Source: an uncultured Gammaproteobacteria bacterium (GTDB lineage: Bacteria; Patescibacteriota; Patescibacteriia; VMEV01; CAZAJQ01). Taken from it: a DNA stretch of 64,000 nucleotides. Where the stretch lies: contig CAZAJQ010000007.1 in the NCBI GenBank assembly GCA_964485795.1, positions 3,880 through 67,879 of the forward strand, written 5' to 3'. Both the position numbers and the translations under genes were made by a program. Below are positions 18,712 through 28,702 of this stretch, one piece after another. The notes under the pieces are model-generated. The model had not been told where the DNA came from and ran no database searches. It saw only the letters and a list, made by a program, of their open reading frames with translations. Numbering within the stretch: position 1 is the first letter of the stretch; each line of letters begins with the position of its first letter.

Positions 18712-21700
18712 GTTGATTTGTTGTTTTCACCAATAACGCTTTTGAACTTCCAGAACGTACTGCCCCCCTCACGGATAAGAGAATCAATCAGAGTGTATGT
18801 GGCATTTTTTGTATCTTGATTTGAGTACAGAATCGTCAAGGCTTCGACCCACTCATCATCGTACATAAACGGCAAGCGCATCTTTCCGCCTCGAATACCG
18901 CCTTCCAGCAAGTGTAAGCGGACAATGTCAAAGGTGTCCTTGGGATTGACCTTGGCCAATTCGGCGATGCTTTTTACAAGAGCATAATCCCATTCCAAAA
19001 ATCCCGTGGTCTTTTCAAGAGTTTTTTTGGCCATTTTAGCCAGCCATGAAGAATCAAAAACTTTTTTATCCATATTCATCCAAAAACCGAAATCCGCGAA
19101 TATTTTGCCATCATCATGATTTGTAACCGCCCATTCCCAAAAATCAATCAATCTCTGCTTGCATTGAGCGTTTTTGGCCAGCAACTCCTTGGCTTGTACA
19201 TTATCGCCAGAAACAAACATGCGTCCTATAAAGCTGACAAATTCAGCCTGTCTTTCAACATCTTTACCTTTTTCCCAAAACTTTTTGAATAAAGGATCGT
19301 CAAAACCAAACTTTGGACAATAGAACATGAAGGCCAAGGCAAAGTGAATAGCAAGTCCCTCGTCAGGTTCCTTAAAATGTCTTCGTGTTTTATCTTCATC
19401 TCCAACCAAAGACAGCCCTCGTTCATACAGAGCTTGTATTTTGGGGTCAAAGAAAAGCTCTTCGTACAAATTGTTTGCAAGATAGCCCTCCCAAGAAGCA
19501 AGATACAAATAACGTTTTTCAGATTCTTCTGGGAAGATTAGAGGCAATAAGCCACTGATCCAATCTCGGTCGCGGAAATAAAATGTTGGCAGGTAATGGC
19601 CAAACATAAACATCAAAGCGCGCGTTTCTTCGGCCTTCAAGACGTTCTCGTATAAGAGTTTTACTTGAGCGTCAATTTTGATTTTATCGGTATTTAAGAA
19701 TTTTTTACCGTCCTGATAAACAAAAAGAACAAAGGATTGAAAAGCCCTTCCACGCACCGAGTTAATAGCCATCGTGAACGGATCCGTGACCAAATATTCC
19801 TCTTTTTGCCCAGCTAAACGCGTTTTGGACTTTGCAGTCTCAAGCTCTTCATCCTTCAATTCGGGATCGGGATACGAAAGCAAGAATTCATGTATCAGGT
19901 ACAACTTCTCCCGATATTTTGGGAAATCCAAAATAGTTTCGCCAAGATTATCATTCAGCAATTCCTGCAAAACATCGGTTATTGAGGATAGTGCGCCTGT
20001 CCAATTGGCAAGCCACGCATCATACATTTCACGATCACGTTTTTGTGCGTCAAAAGATTTTGTTTTACCTGATTCGGAAACCTCAAGCATGCTGTCAATC
20101 AATTCGTCCCAGTCAATCGCTTTTAAGTTTGTTTTATCGGCTTTAATCGCTTCTTGAACGCCTCGAAAGAAGCTGTATGTATAATGCTCATCGATAATCT
20201 CTCTTTGGAAAAACAGTTTTGCTTTTGCAAGATAATCACCAAATCTTTTGGCTATATCCGTGCGTAATTGTGACCCCACACCTTCCGCATTTAATGGATT
20301 TAGAAAATCCTCATGCGAGTTTTGTTTTGCCAGTGTCGCTGGTTGCCACTCATTCTTCAATTTTTCGACTATAACGGATATTTCAAGTTTACCGAATTCT
20401 TCTTGTGAGATGGCGCCTTTGGAAACAACGGCTCCTCCGCGCATATGACCGATTGATGTCTCGGGTTCAAACTTATCGTCACATCTTTTCCCGAATACCG
20501 TCTCGCATTTTTCTTTTTCATCCTCAGTCAAATATTTGCATACGCTGGACAATATTTGCCAACCATCGCGCTTGTACCAACTTTCCACTTTTTTGTCTTC
20601 GTTTGGTTTTCCGAAATACTCAAAAACATTTACTACATATTGGCGTTGATAATCTCCCCTCAGTGAGCCGAAAGTCTTTTTTAAAGCTTTTTTATACTCT
20701 GTTCCTGATTTGATTTCATGATAGTGCTTGCCAGATTTCATTACATCAAACAACCTCGAAAACATTTCTTCCAATTTTTCTCGAAAAGCCATTGGACAAA
20801 GACTGAGGATAAACAGCTTCAGCTTCCAGATCGATTGACTTTCGGGAATCTGAACAATGATTTTTTCAAATTGTTCATTAACATGGTCGGCTTTGTCGCA
20901 ATTTACGCCGAAAGCTCTTTCACCAAGTGTTTTTACGCAAGCGATTAAATCCTTAGCGTTTTCACGATCGGAAAGATGTCTCTGCTGATTCAGGTTCAAT
21001 GTGAATAAATCCGTATCATAAAGATGGAAAATGTCTTCGTATTCAAAAATCCCATCGTCATCGGCTTCCGCCAGCTTAACCGTTTCCGCAAGCTTTCCGC
21101 AGACCAATTTTAGTGTTTCTGCAACATCCTTTTCCTCAATATCAGCCAGATGTTCGAAAACTTTTGTGTAAGACAAATCCTTAAAGTAAAAAGGATTATC
21201 AAAAAGGTAGCCGTTGGAATTTTTCTTGTAATCATCTTTATTTTTGACTGCCAGCACTGCGTCGGCCAGCATTAGCAAACTCTTGCCGTCATTGTTTGTT
21301 TTCAAGGATTCAAACATTTTTTCATATTCGAAGCCCCATTCATTGAAGACGCTCATCGATTGTACCCAATTATCCGTCTTGATTTTCTCAACCATTCTCG
21401 CCAGTTCGTTTGCAGGCAATGAACCGCAAATCCGTAAAAACTGGTCTATCACCTCGGGATTGAAATTATCTTTTGATGTATCCACGGAAAGCATGATATC
21501 AACAATTTCTTTCGGCATTGTTTCAGCCATTCGAACAAGATAATTCAATTCAGGCGTACGATAGCCGTATCGTGTCGGGTTGCTCGATTTTTCCTTTATT
21601 ACATCAAGGAATCCGTTATCCCAAAGCCAAATCAACCATTTACCATCGGACTTAGTAAAAAAATATTGTTTTGCGTCAGTGTTTGTAGAAATAATTTTGG

Positions 21701-21779
21701 CAACCAAAGACACATCTTCGGATTTCGCCTCCCGAATAAGTAATTCATCGATCGATTTGTGTAATTCTATTTGGTTCAT
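18708..21779 (-). CDS. 1023-aa probably alpha-helical protein of unknown function
   Basis: Long intact ORF; YFF..WL..L...GF and AINSVRG motifs; no Walker A seen. Confidence 0.85.
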   Translation of the reverse strand: MNQIELHKSIDELLIREAKSEDVSLVAKIISTNTDAKQYFFTKSDGKWLIWLWDNGFLDVIKEKSSNPTRYGYRTPELNYLVRMAETMPKEIVDIMLSVDTSKDNFNPEVIDQFLRICGSLPANELARMVEKIKTDNWVQSMSVFNEWGFEYEKMFESLKTNNDGKSLLMLADAVLAVKNKDDYKKNSNGYLFDNPFYFKDLSYTKVFEHLADIEEKDVAETLKLVCGKLAETVKLAEADDDGIFEYEDIFHLYDTDLFTLNLNQQRHLSDRENAKDLIACVKTLGERAFGVNCDKADHVNEQFEKIIVQIPESQSIWKLKLFILSLCPMAFREKLEEMFSRLFDVMKSGKHYHEIKSGTEYKKALKKTFGSLRGDYQRQYVVNVFEYFGKPNEDKKVESWYKRDGWQILSSVCKYLTEDEKEKCETVFGKRCDDKFEPETSIGHMRGGAVVSKGAISQEEFGKLEISVIVEKLKNEWQPATLAKQNSHEDFLNPLNAEGVGSQLRTDIAKRFGDYLAKAKLFFQREIIDEHYTYSFFRGVQEAIKADKTNLKAIDWDELIDSMLEVSESGKTKSFDAQKRDREMYDAWLANWTGALSSITDVLQELLNDNLGETILDFPKYREKLYLIHEFLLSYPDPELKDEELETAKSKTRLAGQKEEYLVTDPFTMAINSVRGRAFQSFVLFVYQDGKKFLNTDKIKIDAQVKLLYENVLKAEETRALMFMFGHYLPTFYFRDRDWISGLLPLIFPEESEKRYLYLASWEGYLANNLYEELFFDPKIQALYERGLSLVGDEDKTRRHFKEPDEGLAIHFALAFMFYCPKFGFDDPLFKKFWEKGKDVERQAEFVSFIGRMFVSGDNVQAKELLAKNAQCKQRLIDFWEWAVTNHDDGKIFADFGFWMNMDKKVFDSSWLAKMAKKTLEKTTGFLEWDYALVKSIAELAKVNPKDTFDIVRLHLLEGGIRGGKMRLPFMYDDEWVEALTILYSNQDTKNATYTLIDSLIREGGSTFWKFKSVIGENNKST

Positions 21780-22372
21780 AATGAGTTAGTTTTTTTTACA
21801 GCAAAATTCTGAATTTCAGACAATTTCGAAAAAAATGTTTTTACCCTCTCTATGAAAATGTCATCTTTATAACAATCTTCCAATTTCAAAGCATTATTTT
21901 TTAACAAAGCTATTAATGAGCCTTGAATAGTGGACGCATTATGATGATCTATTCCTGTAAAATATTGATAGTGTTGCCGAAATTCTTTAAAAACTTCGGA
22001 TTCATTTGAGGCTAATTTTTCACCTTCATTTTTATAAAACTTAACAAAATCCGATTCAAGTTGCCCTTCACTCCATTCATGAAATATTTCGCGCAATGAC
22101 GAGGCGCAATGTTCTTTCCATTCTGGATTATGTTGTTTGTTCGTTCCTATAGCAAAAATTGCACCTTGAAGCATTGTTACAGCATTGCGTGTGACTTGCT
22201 TCTTTCGGGTATCTCTTATTTTCTGATACAAATCATTAACGAATGTACCAAAATTTTCAACTTGTTCCTTGCTTATTCCAATCAAATATAAACCATCGGT
22301 GAAAGGGTCGGATATTGTTCCGTCCACCGATGTCCCTTTGCCTATTAATTCTTTATCAATAATTAGATCCAT
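21776..22372 (-). CDS. Putative HEPN-like / pPIWI-associated nuclease-like protein
   Basis: GAIFAI...NPEWKEHCASSLRE and YQYFTGIDHH motifs (family recalled, not searched). Confidence 0.5.
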   Translation of the reverse strand: MDLIIDKELIGKGTSVDGTISDPFTDGLYLIGISKEQVENFGTFVNDLYQKIRDTRKKQVTRNAVTMLQGAIFAIGTNKQHNPEWKEHCASSLREIFHEWSEGQLESDFVKFYKNEGEKLASNESEVFKEFRQHYQYFTGIDHHNASTIQGSLIALLKNNALKLEDCYKDDIFIERVKTFFSKLSEIQNFAVKKTNSL

Positions 22373-22375
22373 GTA

Positions 22376-23122
22376 TTAAACTTTTTGAAAAACGAAAATA
22401 TGCTCATGCATTATTAAAAGGAAATTCGACTCTCTCGATTTATTAACCCAAAAACCAGTTGCCTTACAATTAAACTGACGTTTGATTATATCCTCCTTCA
22501 AAGTAAAACCTGCCCCTAAAAACTTTTCCATAACTCGATATGCCAAAGGTTGATACATTTTATTCCTTCGCGTATCTCCCATTAGGATTGAGCAATAATT
22601 GCCTTTTTTCAGCACTCTGAATAACTCTTTTGCGACTTTATCCATTTCAGTAACAAACGACTCAATACTATGAATATTCGATAGATCCTCGTCGATTTTT
22701 CCTTCGCTGTACTTGATAATATCCGCATAAGGCGGATGAGTCAGAATAAAATCGATTGAATTATCCTGAAGGACTTTCAAATCTCGAGCATCGGCTTTTA
22801 AAACCTTCTGCCAAGACTGATTGTCGACATTAAAATTCAGACACTTTTTCGTCCGCTCAATAGCCAGATCGTTTATGTCTGAACAATAAAGATTGCGATT
22901 TAATAGCTTACATTCGATAGCGGTAGTTCCTCCGCCAATCATAGGATCAAGTAAAATATCGCCCTCCTTCGAGTATCGCAAAATTAAATTACGAACTACT
23001 TCTGGCGCCCAATTTCCCCTCCAATCAGATGTGTGAGTAGCCCAGTTGCCACGGCGAGGAAACGCCCATACCGATGTGCATTCAAGCTCAAAGTTATCTG
23101 GATTAAAATTGCTTGCTCCCAT
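22376..23122 (-). CDS. Amino-DNA methyltransferase (second MTase of the R-M system)
   Basis: LDPMIGGGTT (motif I), THPPY (motif IV), RVLKKG. Confidence 0.85.
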   Translation of the reverse strand: MGASNFNPDNFELECTSVWAFPRRGNWATHTSDWRGNWAPEVVRNLILRYSKEGDILLDPMIGGGTTAIECKLLNRNLYCSDINDLAIERTKKCLNFNVDNQSWQKVLKADARDLKVLQDNSIDFILTHPPYADIIKYSEGKIDEDLSNIHSIESFVTEMDKVAKELFRVLKKGNYCSILMGDTRRNKMYQPLAYRVMEKFLGAGFTLKEDIIKRQFNCKATGFWVNKSRESNFLLIMHEHIFVFQKV

Positions 23123-23124
23123 AG

Positions 23125-23979
23125 TTACCAGCTTAATTTATCAAGTACGCCGTCTTCTAGCATTTGAAGATTAAAAACATACTCATTATGGTTGTATGTT
23201 TCTTCAAGAGGACGCTTGGTTGTGTGCCATCCGAGACCATCAGTGACCCAAATAAAATCAATATTCTGCGCCTTCAATTCATCAAAAAGACTCTTGAATT
23301 CACCGCAAACAGCTTTAAGTTTTGATCCGCCTCCATTGTAAAAATTAGCTTCAAACAGTTTTATCTTCTTGTTTTTTGGATTGAATATTGCGAAGTCGAA
23401 ACTACGTTCAGATTTATCCACCCGAACCATTACTCCCCATTTATTTGAAATCGCCGTGGATCGAGCTTGTGCCAGATACTCAAGCCCATGCTTTGCACAA
23501 AATTCTTTAATAAATTGCTCAACAATTTCCTCCATCATGGTACCTCCGCGATTCTTTCTGCCATTGCTATCAAGTCCAACCTCAACGCCCATCACATAAT
23601 CAACGAGGTTTTTAACGCCGTCTTTTTTGAACAACTTCGCAAGGCCTGATTTTTCCAAAAACTCATAATACTTATCTGGAGTACTGTTACCTGAAGTAAA
23701 GTCGAACAGCTCAGTGGTTCTTTCTTGTTTATCAAATATTTCTAGCTTGCTTTCGCGAACTGCCAATAGCACTGGGAAGGCTTTCACGATGTCAGGATTT
23801 GAGGCAAATAACTTGTTAAATTCGGATTCCAGATTTTCCTTCCCGAGCAAGTAATTGAGTTTATTTAAAGTAATTTCCAGCTCTGATTTATTTTCAAAAA
23901 CCTTTTTCCAGTTTACGAAATAATCCCAAGTTTTAATTGAGCTCTTAAAAGTGCCGACTAACTGTTCGAAATTTTTCAT
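23125..23979 (-). CDS. DpnII-family type II restriction endonuclease (GATC)
   Basis: DYVMGVEVGLDSNGRKNRGG, FDFAI, EANFYNGGGSKL, WVTDGLGW. Confidence 0.93.
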   Translation of the reverse strand: MKNFEQLVGTFKSSIKTWDYFVNWKKVFENKSELEITLNKLNYLLGKENLESEFNKLFASNPDIVKAFPVLLAVRESKLEIFDKQERTTELFDFTSGNSTPDKYYEFLEKSGLAKLFKKDGVKNLVDYVMGVEVGLDSNGRKNRGGTMMEEIVEQFIKEFCAKHGLEYLAQARSTAISNKWGVMVRVDKSERSFDFAIFNPKNKKIKLFEANFYNGGGSKLKAVCGEFKSLFDELKAQNIDFIWVTDGLGWHTTKRPLEETYNHNEYVFNLQMLEDGVLDKLSW

Positions 23980-23984
23980 AAGTT

Positions 23985-24941
23985 TTAATAATTAGTAATA
24001 ACAACCTCCGAAATCTTTCCTCTCTTGCTCGCGTCAGAGTTTATCGCCCTTCCAGCTGAGACTTTGGAAAGTCTAATCCCGTCAAGGTTTGAATAAAGTT
24101 CGTTGATGAATGGAGTATCAGAATTGGACAGCATTACATAGCAACCTCTTGAAGCCAATTTAACGAACGTATCTCTAAGTTCTGTCTGCTCCTTTTCCAA
24201 AAATGATTCACTTGTGTAGGCAGTAAATGATGCGGTTCTGCTAACTGGGTAATAAGGCGGATCAAAATAAACAAAATCGCCTTTTTGAGCGTGCTTCAAT
24301 ACCTCCTTGTAGTCTTGCTTTTTAATTTCAACGGACTGTAAAGCATCAGATACTTTTCTTAAATTTTGCTCATCGCAAATAAGCGGATTATTGTATCGTC
24401 CAAAGGGAACGTTAAAACCACCCTTACTGTTTACTCGATACATACCATTGAAACATGTCCTGTTAAGGAAAATGAATCTTGATGCAATTTCAACATCAGT
24501 TAGTTGCGATACATCATAAGCGCGAACGCTCAAGAAATAATCCTTATCGATTTGATGTTTTTTCAGAGATAAAATTAAAGATTCAACGTCATTTTTTATG
24601 ACGTTATAAGTCGTCACCAATTCATGATTCATGTCTGATAAAACCGCATTGTCGGGTAGTAAATCGAAAAAGACTGCGCCACCACCAACGAACGGCTCAA
24701 AATATGTTGACTCTTGAGGATTGAAGCCGAAAGGTGGATATAATCCGAGTAGTCTGAATTGACTTAGTAATTGTCTTTTTCCACCGACCCACTTAACAAA
24801 AGGCTTTGGCTTAGACTGTATAATTTTTGAAACGTCCTCGATCAAATTATCTTTATTTGATAACAAGAAAACCTTGTATGCGTATATCGCATTTATATCA
24901 AAGGTTTTTGTCAGCTCTATAATGGCTTGTTCTTGTGTCAT
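23985..24941 (-). CDS. Dam/DpnM-like adenine methyltransferase
   Basis: KWVGGK, EPFVGGGAV, FNGMYRVNSKGGFNVPFG, DPPY. Confidence 0.95.
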   Translation of the reverse strand: MTQEQAIIELTKTFDINAIYAYKVFLLSNKDNLIEDVSKIIQSKPKPFVKWVGGKRQLLSQFRLLGLYPPFGFNPQESTYFEPFVGGGAVFFDLLPDNAVLSDMNHELVTTYNVIKNDVESLILSLKKHQIDKDYFLSVRAYDVSQLTDVEIASRFIFLNRTCFNGMYRVNSKGGFNVPFGRYNNPLICDEQNLRKVSDALQSVEIKKQDYKEVLKHAQKGDFVYFDPPYYPVSRTASFTAYTSESFLEKEQTELRDTFVKLASRGCYVMLSNSDTPFINELYSNLDGIRLSKVSAGRAINSDASKRGKISEVVITNY

Positions 24942-24963
24942 GTTATTTGATCAAAATTTATTA

Positions 24964-25182
24964 TTAGACAGACTTTTTTATCAGTTTCAAAATATCTTCC
25001 TTGCGATAGCGTCTGTCTTGGCGCTCCCCGAAACGCACGGCTTTCAAGATTCCTTTTCTGTCCCACTGCCTCAAGGTGTTGGGGTGGCATTTTAAAATTT
25101 CCGACGCCTCTTTGAGGCTCAGAAGTTCGGGCAGTTCTTGGTCGTTTTGGTCTGAAGTATGCATTGATTTATCACTTAACAT
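24964..25182 (-). CDS. Excisionase/MerR-like HTH protein
   Basis: LLSLKEASEILKCHPNTLRQWD...RRY. Confidence 0.85.
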   Translation of the reverse strand: MLSDKSMHTSDQNDQELPELLSLKEASEILKCHPNTLRQWDRKGILKAVRFGERQDRRYRKEDILKLIKKSV

Positions 25183-25854
25183 TTGATAACATTATTGTAC
25201 AGCAGAAAAAAAGAATCTGCAAACGAAAAATTACACGATATTAACATGACTATGACAACTGGAAATAAGGTTTTGGCTGTTATGCAAGCCATTGCCGAAA
25301 CCCTTGAAATTTCACCCAAGGGACAGCCAATGCAGATCGATCCGACGAAACTTGAGGAATCCCTTTCCAAGGTCGAAATAAAACAAATCTTTCAAAAACT
25401 TGCCGACGAGCAAGGTGTTGTTGAGTTACTCAGAACACCGTACTCCTTCGATGTTGTAATCGGCGAAGACCAAGACGTGTACAAATTCAACTTGACTGAT
25501 ATCGGCAAATTTCAAAAATATCTGGATGAGCTTAAACGCAAATCGTCCGACAAACAGGCAGACACGCGCACGCCCATGTTTCGCTTCAATCAGGGGGTTC
25601 TGTTCAGGGATTTTTGCGATACCATCCTCAAGATTGGCGGAGAAAACACATTCGAATACAGACTGATTCAAACTGCGCTGAGAACACCCGTTGGTGAGAA
25701 AATCGACACCCTAACTGATGAATTGGAAATGGACTGGCGCCAGCTTTATGATACTGCCAAGAGGCTTAACGATAAGATTAAATCGACTTTCAAGATAGCT
25801 GACTTTTTCATGATCGATTACCAAAACAAAAACATCAAAAAGACAATCGAATAG
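25183..25854 (+). CDS. Hypothetical protein, possible C-terminal winged HTH (true start probably ~25248)
   Basis: Divergent from HTH; WRQLYDTAKRLNDKI helix. Confidence 0.65.
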   Translation: MITLLYSRKKESANEKLHDINMTMTTGNKVLAVMQAIAETLEISPKGQPMQIDPTKLEESLSKVEIKQIFQKLADEQGVVELLRTPYSFDVVIGEDQDVYKFNLTDIGKFQKYLDELKRKSSDKQADTRTPMFRFNQGVLFRDFCDTILKIGGENTFEYRLIQTALRTPVGEKIDTLTDELEMDWRQLYDTAKRLNDKIKSTFKIADFFMIDYQNKNIKKTIE

Positions 25855-25894
25855 TTGAGCGGAAACCGTTCAACGTTGAGTCAACGCCCAAAGA

Positions 25895-25922
25895 GTAGCC
25901 TGAAATCAAAGGCTATTTTTTT
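25895..25922 (+). terminator. Terminator-like hairpin
   Basis: TAGCC-tgaaatcaaa-GGCTA then T-run. Confidence 0.45.
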
Positions 25923-25960
25923 ATGGCGCAAAAACGCCGTTTAACCATTAACAAAATTAT

Positions 25961-26251
25961 ATGACTCAACACACATTCGATCCGTCTTCCGAACCCGTTT
26001 ACGTTCCGCTGGACGACGCGGAAAATTATTTTTACAGCCACGACATCGGTTTGGTGGCTTATTTGCTTTGCCAAGATTTTGAACTGGTCGGCTTGGACAA
26101 AGCGATGCGAAACAAGGTGCTGTTCATTTTGAAAAAAGATGAAGCCATTGAAACCGAGATCAAGAAGTATTGGGACTTCAAATCGGCCGTGGACGCGCAG
26201 AGCTATTTCAACCAGATCAAACGGCTCAAAAACCAAATTTTCAGCTCTTAA
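25961..26251 (+). CDS. DUF5659-like small protein
   Basis: DIGLVAYLLCQDF...KVLFIL...YFNQIKRLKNQI. Confidence 0.65.
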   Translation: MTQHTFDPSSEPVYVPLDDAENYFYSHDIGLVAYLLCQDFELVGLDKAMRNKVLFILKKDEAIETEIKKYWDFKSAVDAQSYFNQIKRLKNQIFSS

Positions 26252-26260
26252 TCGAAAGCC

Positions 26261-26443
26261 ATGTTGTCGGACGAGCAAATCAAAAAATTTCAGACCCTCT
26301 ACAAAAACCGCTTTGGCAAAGAAATCTGCCGAGAGGATGCTTTGGATCAGGGCGTGAAACTCATCCGACTCATGGAATTGATTTATAAGCCGATGACCGA
26401 AAAGGACTTGGAGCTTTTACGGGCAAGACGGCAAACGACTTAA
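26261..26443 (+). CDS. Small hypothetical protein
   Basis: MLSDEQIKKFQTLYKNRFG; tight operon spacing. Confidence 0.7.
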   Translation: MLSDEQIKKFQTLYKNRFGKEICREDALDQGVKLIRLMELIYKPMTEKDLELLRARRQTT

Positions 26444-26470
26444 CGCATACAAATTTTAACCAAACATTAT

Positions 26471-28693
26471 ATGAACCGAGAATTTGAAACCATCGCTCCG
26501 AAAGAATATCTGACCTCAAAAGGAATCGCTTACAGGGAAAGCGGAAAAGAGCTGATCGTCTGCTGTCTTTTTAACGACTGTGACAAGGACAGTAAGGGCA
26601 ATGAGGCGCATTTGTACCTCAACGCCGAAACGGGACAATACGAATGCAAGAAATGTGGAGAAAGAGGCAATCTGATCACACTTGCCAAACGCTTGGGCGA
26701 TGATTTGCAAGATATTGCCATTAACAACGAAACGTTCAACCGCGTTTCGCAACGTAAGCCGAAATTTGACGCCCGTTCGGTCGAGTCGGCCGTTATGGCA
26801 CTTCCAGACCACATCCGCCTGTATCTCAAAAACAGGGGCGTTTGTGACGAGGTTATCGACCATCACAAGATCGGCTGGGGAGAATTTTACGGCAAACACT
26901 GGATTACCATACCGATCAAGGACGTTAACGGGGCTTATCGCTACTTCAAACTCAGACAAGACCCAAGCGAAGGCGATGAAAAGATCACTTACCCGAAAGG
27001 CGCTGAAGCTCAGATTTACGACTGGGAGAGTTTGAACGATTCAAGCGATCGGCTTGTCATTTGCGAAGGTGAAATGGACAGGCTCGCTTTGCTTTCCAAA
27101 AACATCAACGCCGTTACTTCAACACACGGCGCCATGACCTTCAAACAGGAATGGTGCGAAAGAATCAGTGATAACAAGAAAATTTATATCTGCTACGACA
27201 ATGACGAGGCTGGGAGAAAAGGCGCGGAAAGGGTGGCAAAAATATTGCACAACGGCAAGCGCGAAATTCAAATCATCACTTTACCGCCCGAGGTCGGCGA
27301 CAGCGGAGACATGACAGATTTTTTGGTAAAGCTAAACGGCAACCCAGACGACCTGTTCGGCAAATACGCCAAACCGTATCCCGAAAAAATCGACGTGTCT
27401 CAATTCAAACCTTTAACAACGAAAAACCTGCTTGAGATTCTCGGACTCACCATCAAGCAAGACGAGGAAAACAAGATTGCCACGTTCTTGTGTCAGCTTT
27501 CAGCCTTCACCGAAAACGCGCAATTCAACATCAGCTACAATGCGCCATCGTCCACGGGCAAAAGCTATATACCAACCGAAATAGCACGACTATTCCCAGA
27601 GGATGATGTTATGGAACTCGCATATTGCAGTCCGACCGCTTTTTTCCATGACGTGGGCGAATATGACAAAGAGATGAAGGGCTATCTGGTGGATCTGTCG
27701 CGCAAAATCCTTATCTTTCTCGATCAACCGCACAACGAGCTTTTGGCCAGATTGAGGCCGTTATTATCGCACGATAAAAAGCAAATCATGCTCAAGATAA
27801 CGGACAAATCGCAAAAGTTCGGACTCAAAACAAAAAACGTTTTACTGAGAGGTTATCCGTCCGTGATTTTCTGCACGGCAGGTTTGCGTATCGATGAACA
27901 GGAAGCCACTCGCTTCTTGCTTTTGAGTCCCGAAATCAATCAAGAGAAAATCAGGCAAGGCATTTTGGAGAGCATTAAAAAAGAGGTCGACTCCCAAAAT
28001 TATAAAAGCTGGCTTGATGAAAATCCTGAACGAAAACTGCTCAAAGAACGCATACGAGCCATCAAACAGGAAAACATCAAAGAAATAAAGTTATCGGGAG
28101 AGCAAAAAATCATCGAACGGTTTTTTAATCAGACCAAACTTCTTAAACCAAGACATCAGCGCGATATCAAACGATTGATATCACTCATCAAATCATTCGC
28201 GTTAATCAATCTTTGGTGGCGTGACCGCAAAGGCACGACCATTACGGCCAATGATGCGGACATCGAACAGGCTTTTGCAGTTTGGAATGTTATTGCGGCC
28301 AGTCAGGAACTCAATTTGCCGCCATACATTTACAACCTCTATCAAGAGGTTATTTTGCAGGCTTGGACGGACAAAAACGCTGTATTGCCAAAGGCGGAAA
28401 AGGTTGGATTGTCGAGACAAGAGGTTTTGCAAAAACATTTCGAAGTTTATGGCAGAATGCTCGACACCAACCAATTGCGCCAGCAGATATTGCCCATGTT
28501 GGAGACGGCAGGATTGATTGTTCAAGAACCAGACCAGAATGACAAAAGAAAAATCCTGATTTATCCGTCTTTACGAACCGACAAGCGGAAAAACAATAGT
28601 GTAACCGAGGGTGGGGTAAAAACAACGGACGACCGAAACGGAACGGATGATTTTAATCTTGAGACGAAAATCTCTAATGATTTCGGCATGTAA
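26471..28693 (+). CDS. Zn-finger/TOPRIM primase fused to P-loop ATPase (putative primase-helicase)
   Basis: CKKCGERGN, ICEGEMD, YDNDEAG, APSSTGKS Walker A-like, LIFLD. Confidence 0.85.
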   Translation: MNREFETIAPKEYLTSKGIAYRESGKELIVCCLFNDCDKDSKGNEAHLYLNAETGQYECKKCGERGNLITLAKRLGDDLQDIAINNETFNRVSQRKPKFDARSVESAVMALPDHIRLYLKNRGVCDEVIDHHKIGWGEFYGKHWITIPIKDVNGAYRYFKLRQDPSEGDEKITYPKGAEAQIYDWESLNDSSDRLVICEGEMDRLALLSKNINAVTSTHGAMTFKQEWCERISDNKKIYICYDNDEAGRKGAERVAKILHNGKREIQIITLPPEVGDSGDMTDFLVKLNGNPDDLFGKYAKPYPEKIDVSQFKPLTTKNLLEILGLTIKQDEENKIATFLCQLSAFTENAQFNISYNAPSSTGKSYIPTEIARLFPEDDVMELAYCSPTAFFHDVGEYDKEMKGYLVDLSRKILIFLDQPHNELLARLRPLLSHDKKQIMLKITDKSQKFGLKTKNVLLRGYPSVIFCTAGLRIDEQEATRFLLLSPEINQEKIRQGILESIKKEVDSQNYKSWLDENPERKLLKERIRAIKQENIKEIKLSGEQKIIERFFNQTKLLKPRHQRDIKRLISLIKSFALINLWWRDRKGTTITANDADIEQAFAVWNVIAASQELNLPPYIYNLYQEVILQAWTDKNAVLPKAEKVGLSRQEVLQKHFEVYGRMLDTNQLRQQILPMLETAGLIVQEPDQNDKRKILIYPSLRTDKRKNNSVTEGGVKTTDDRNGTDDFNLETKISNDFGM

Positions 28694-28702
28694 CAACTCA
28701 AC

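Noticed and set aside
21776-21800. Frameshift at the A8 run fusing the HEPN-like and 1023-aa ORFs
   Set aside because: A -1 shift hits TAA at once and +1 is the wrong frame; the ATGA overlap fits two coupled genes
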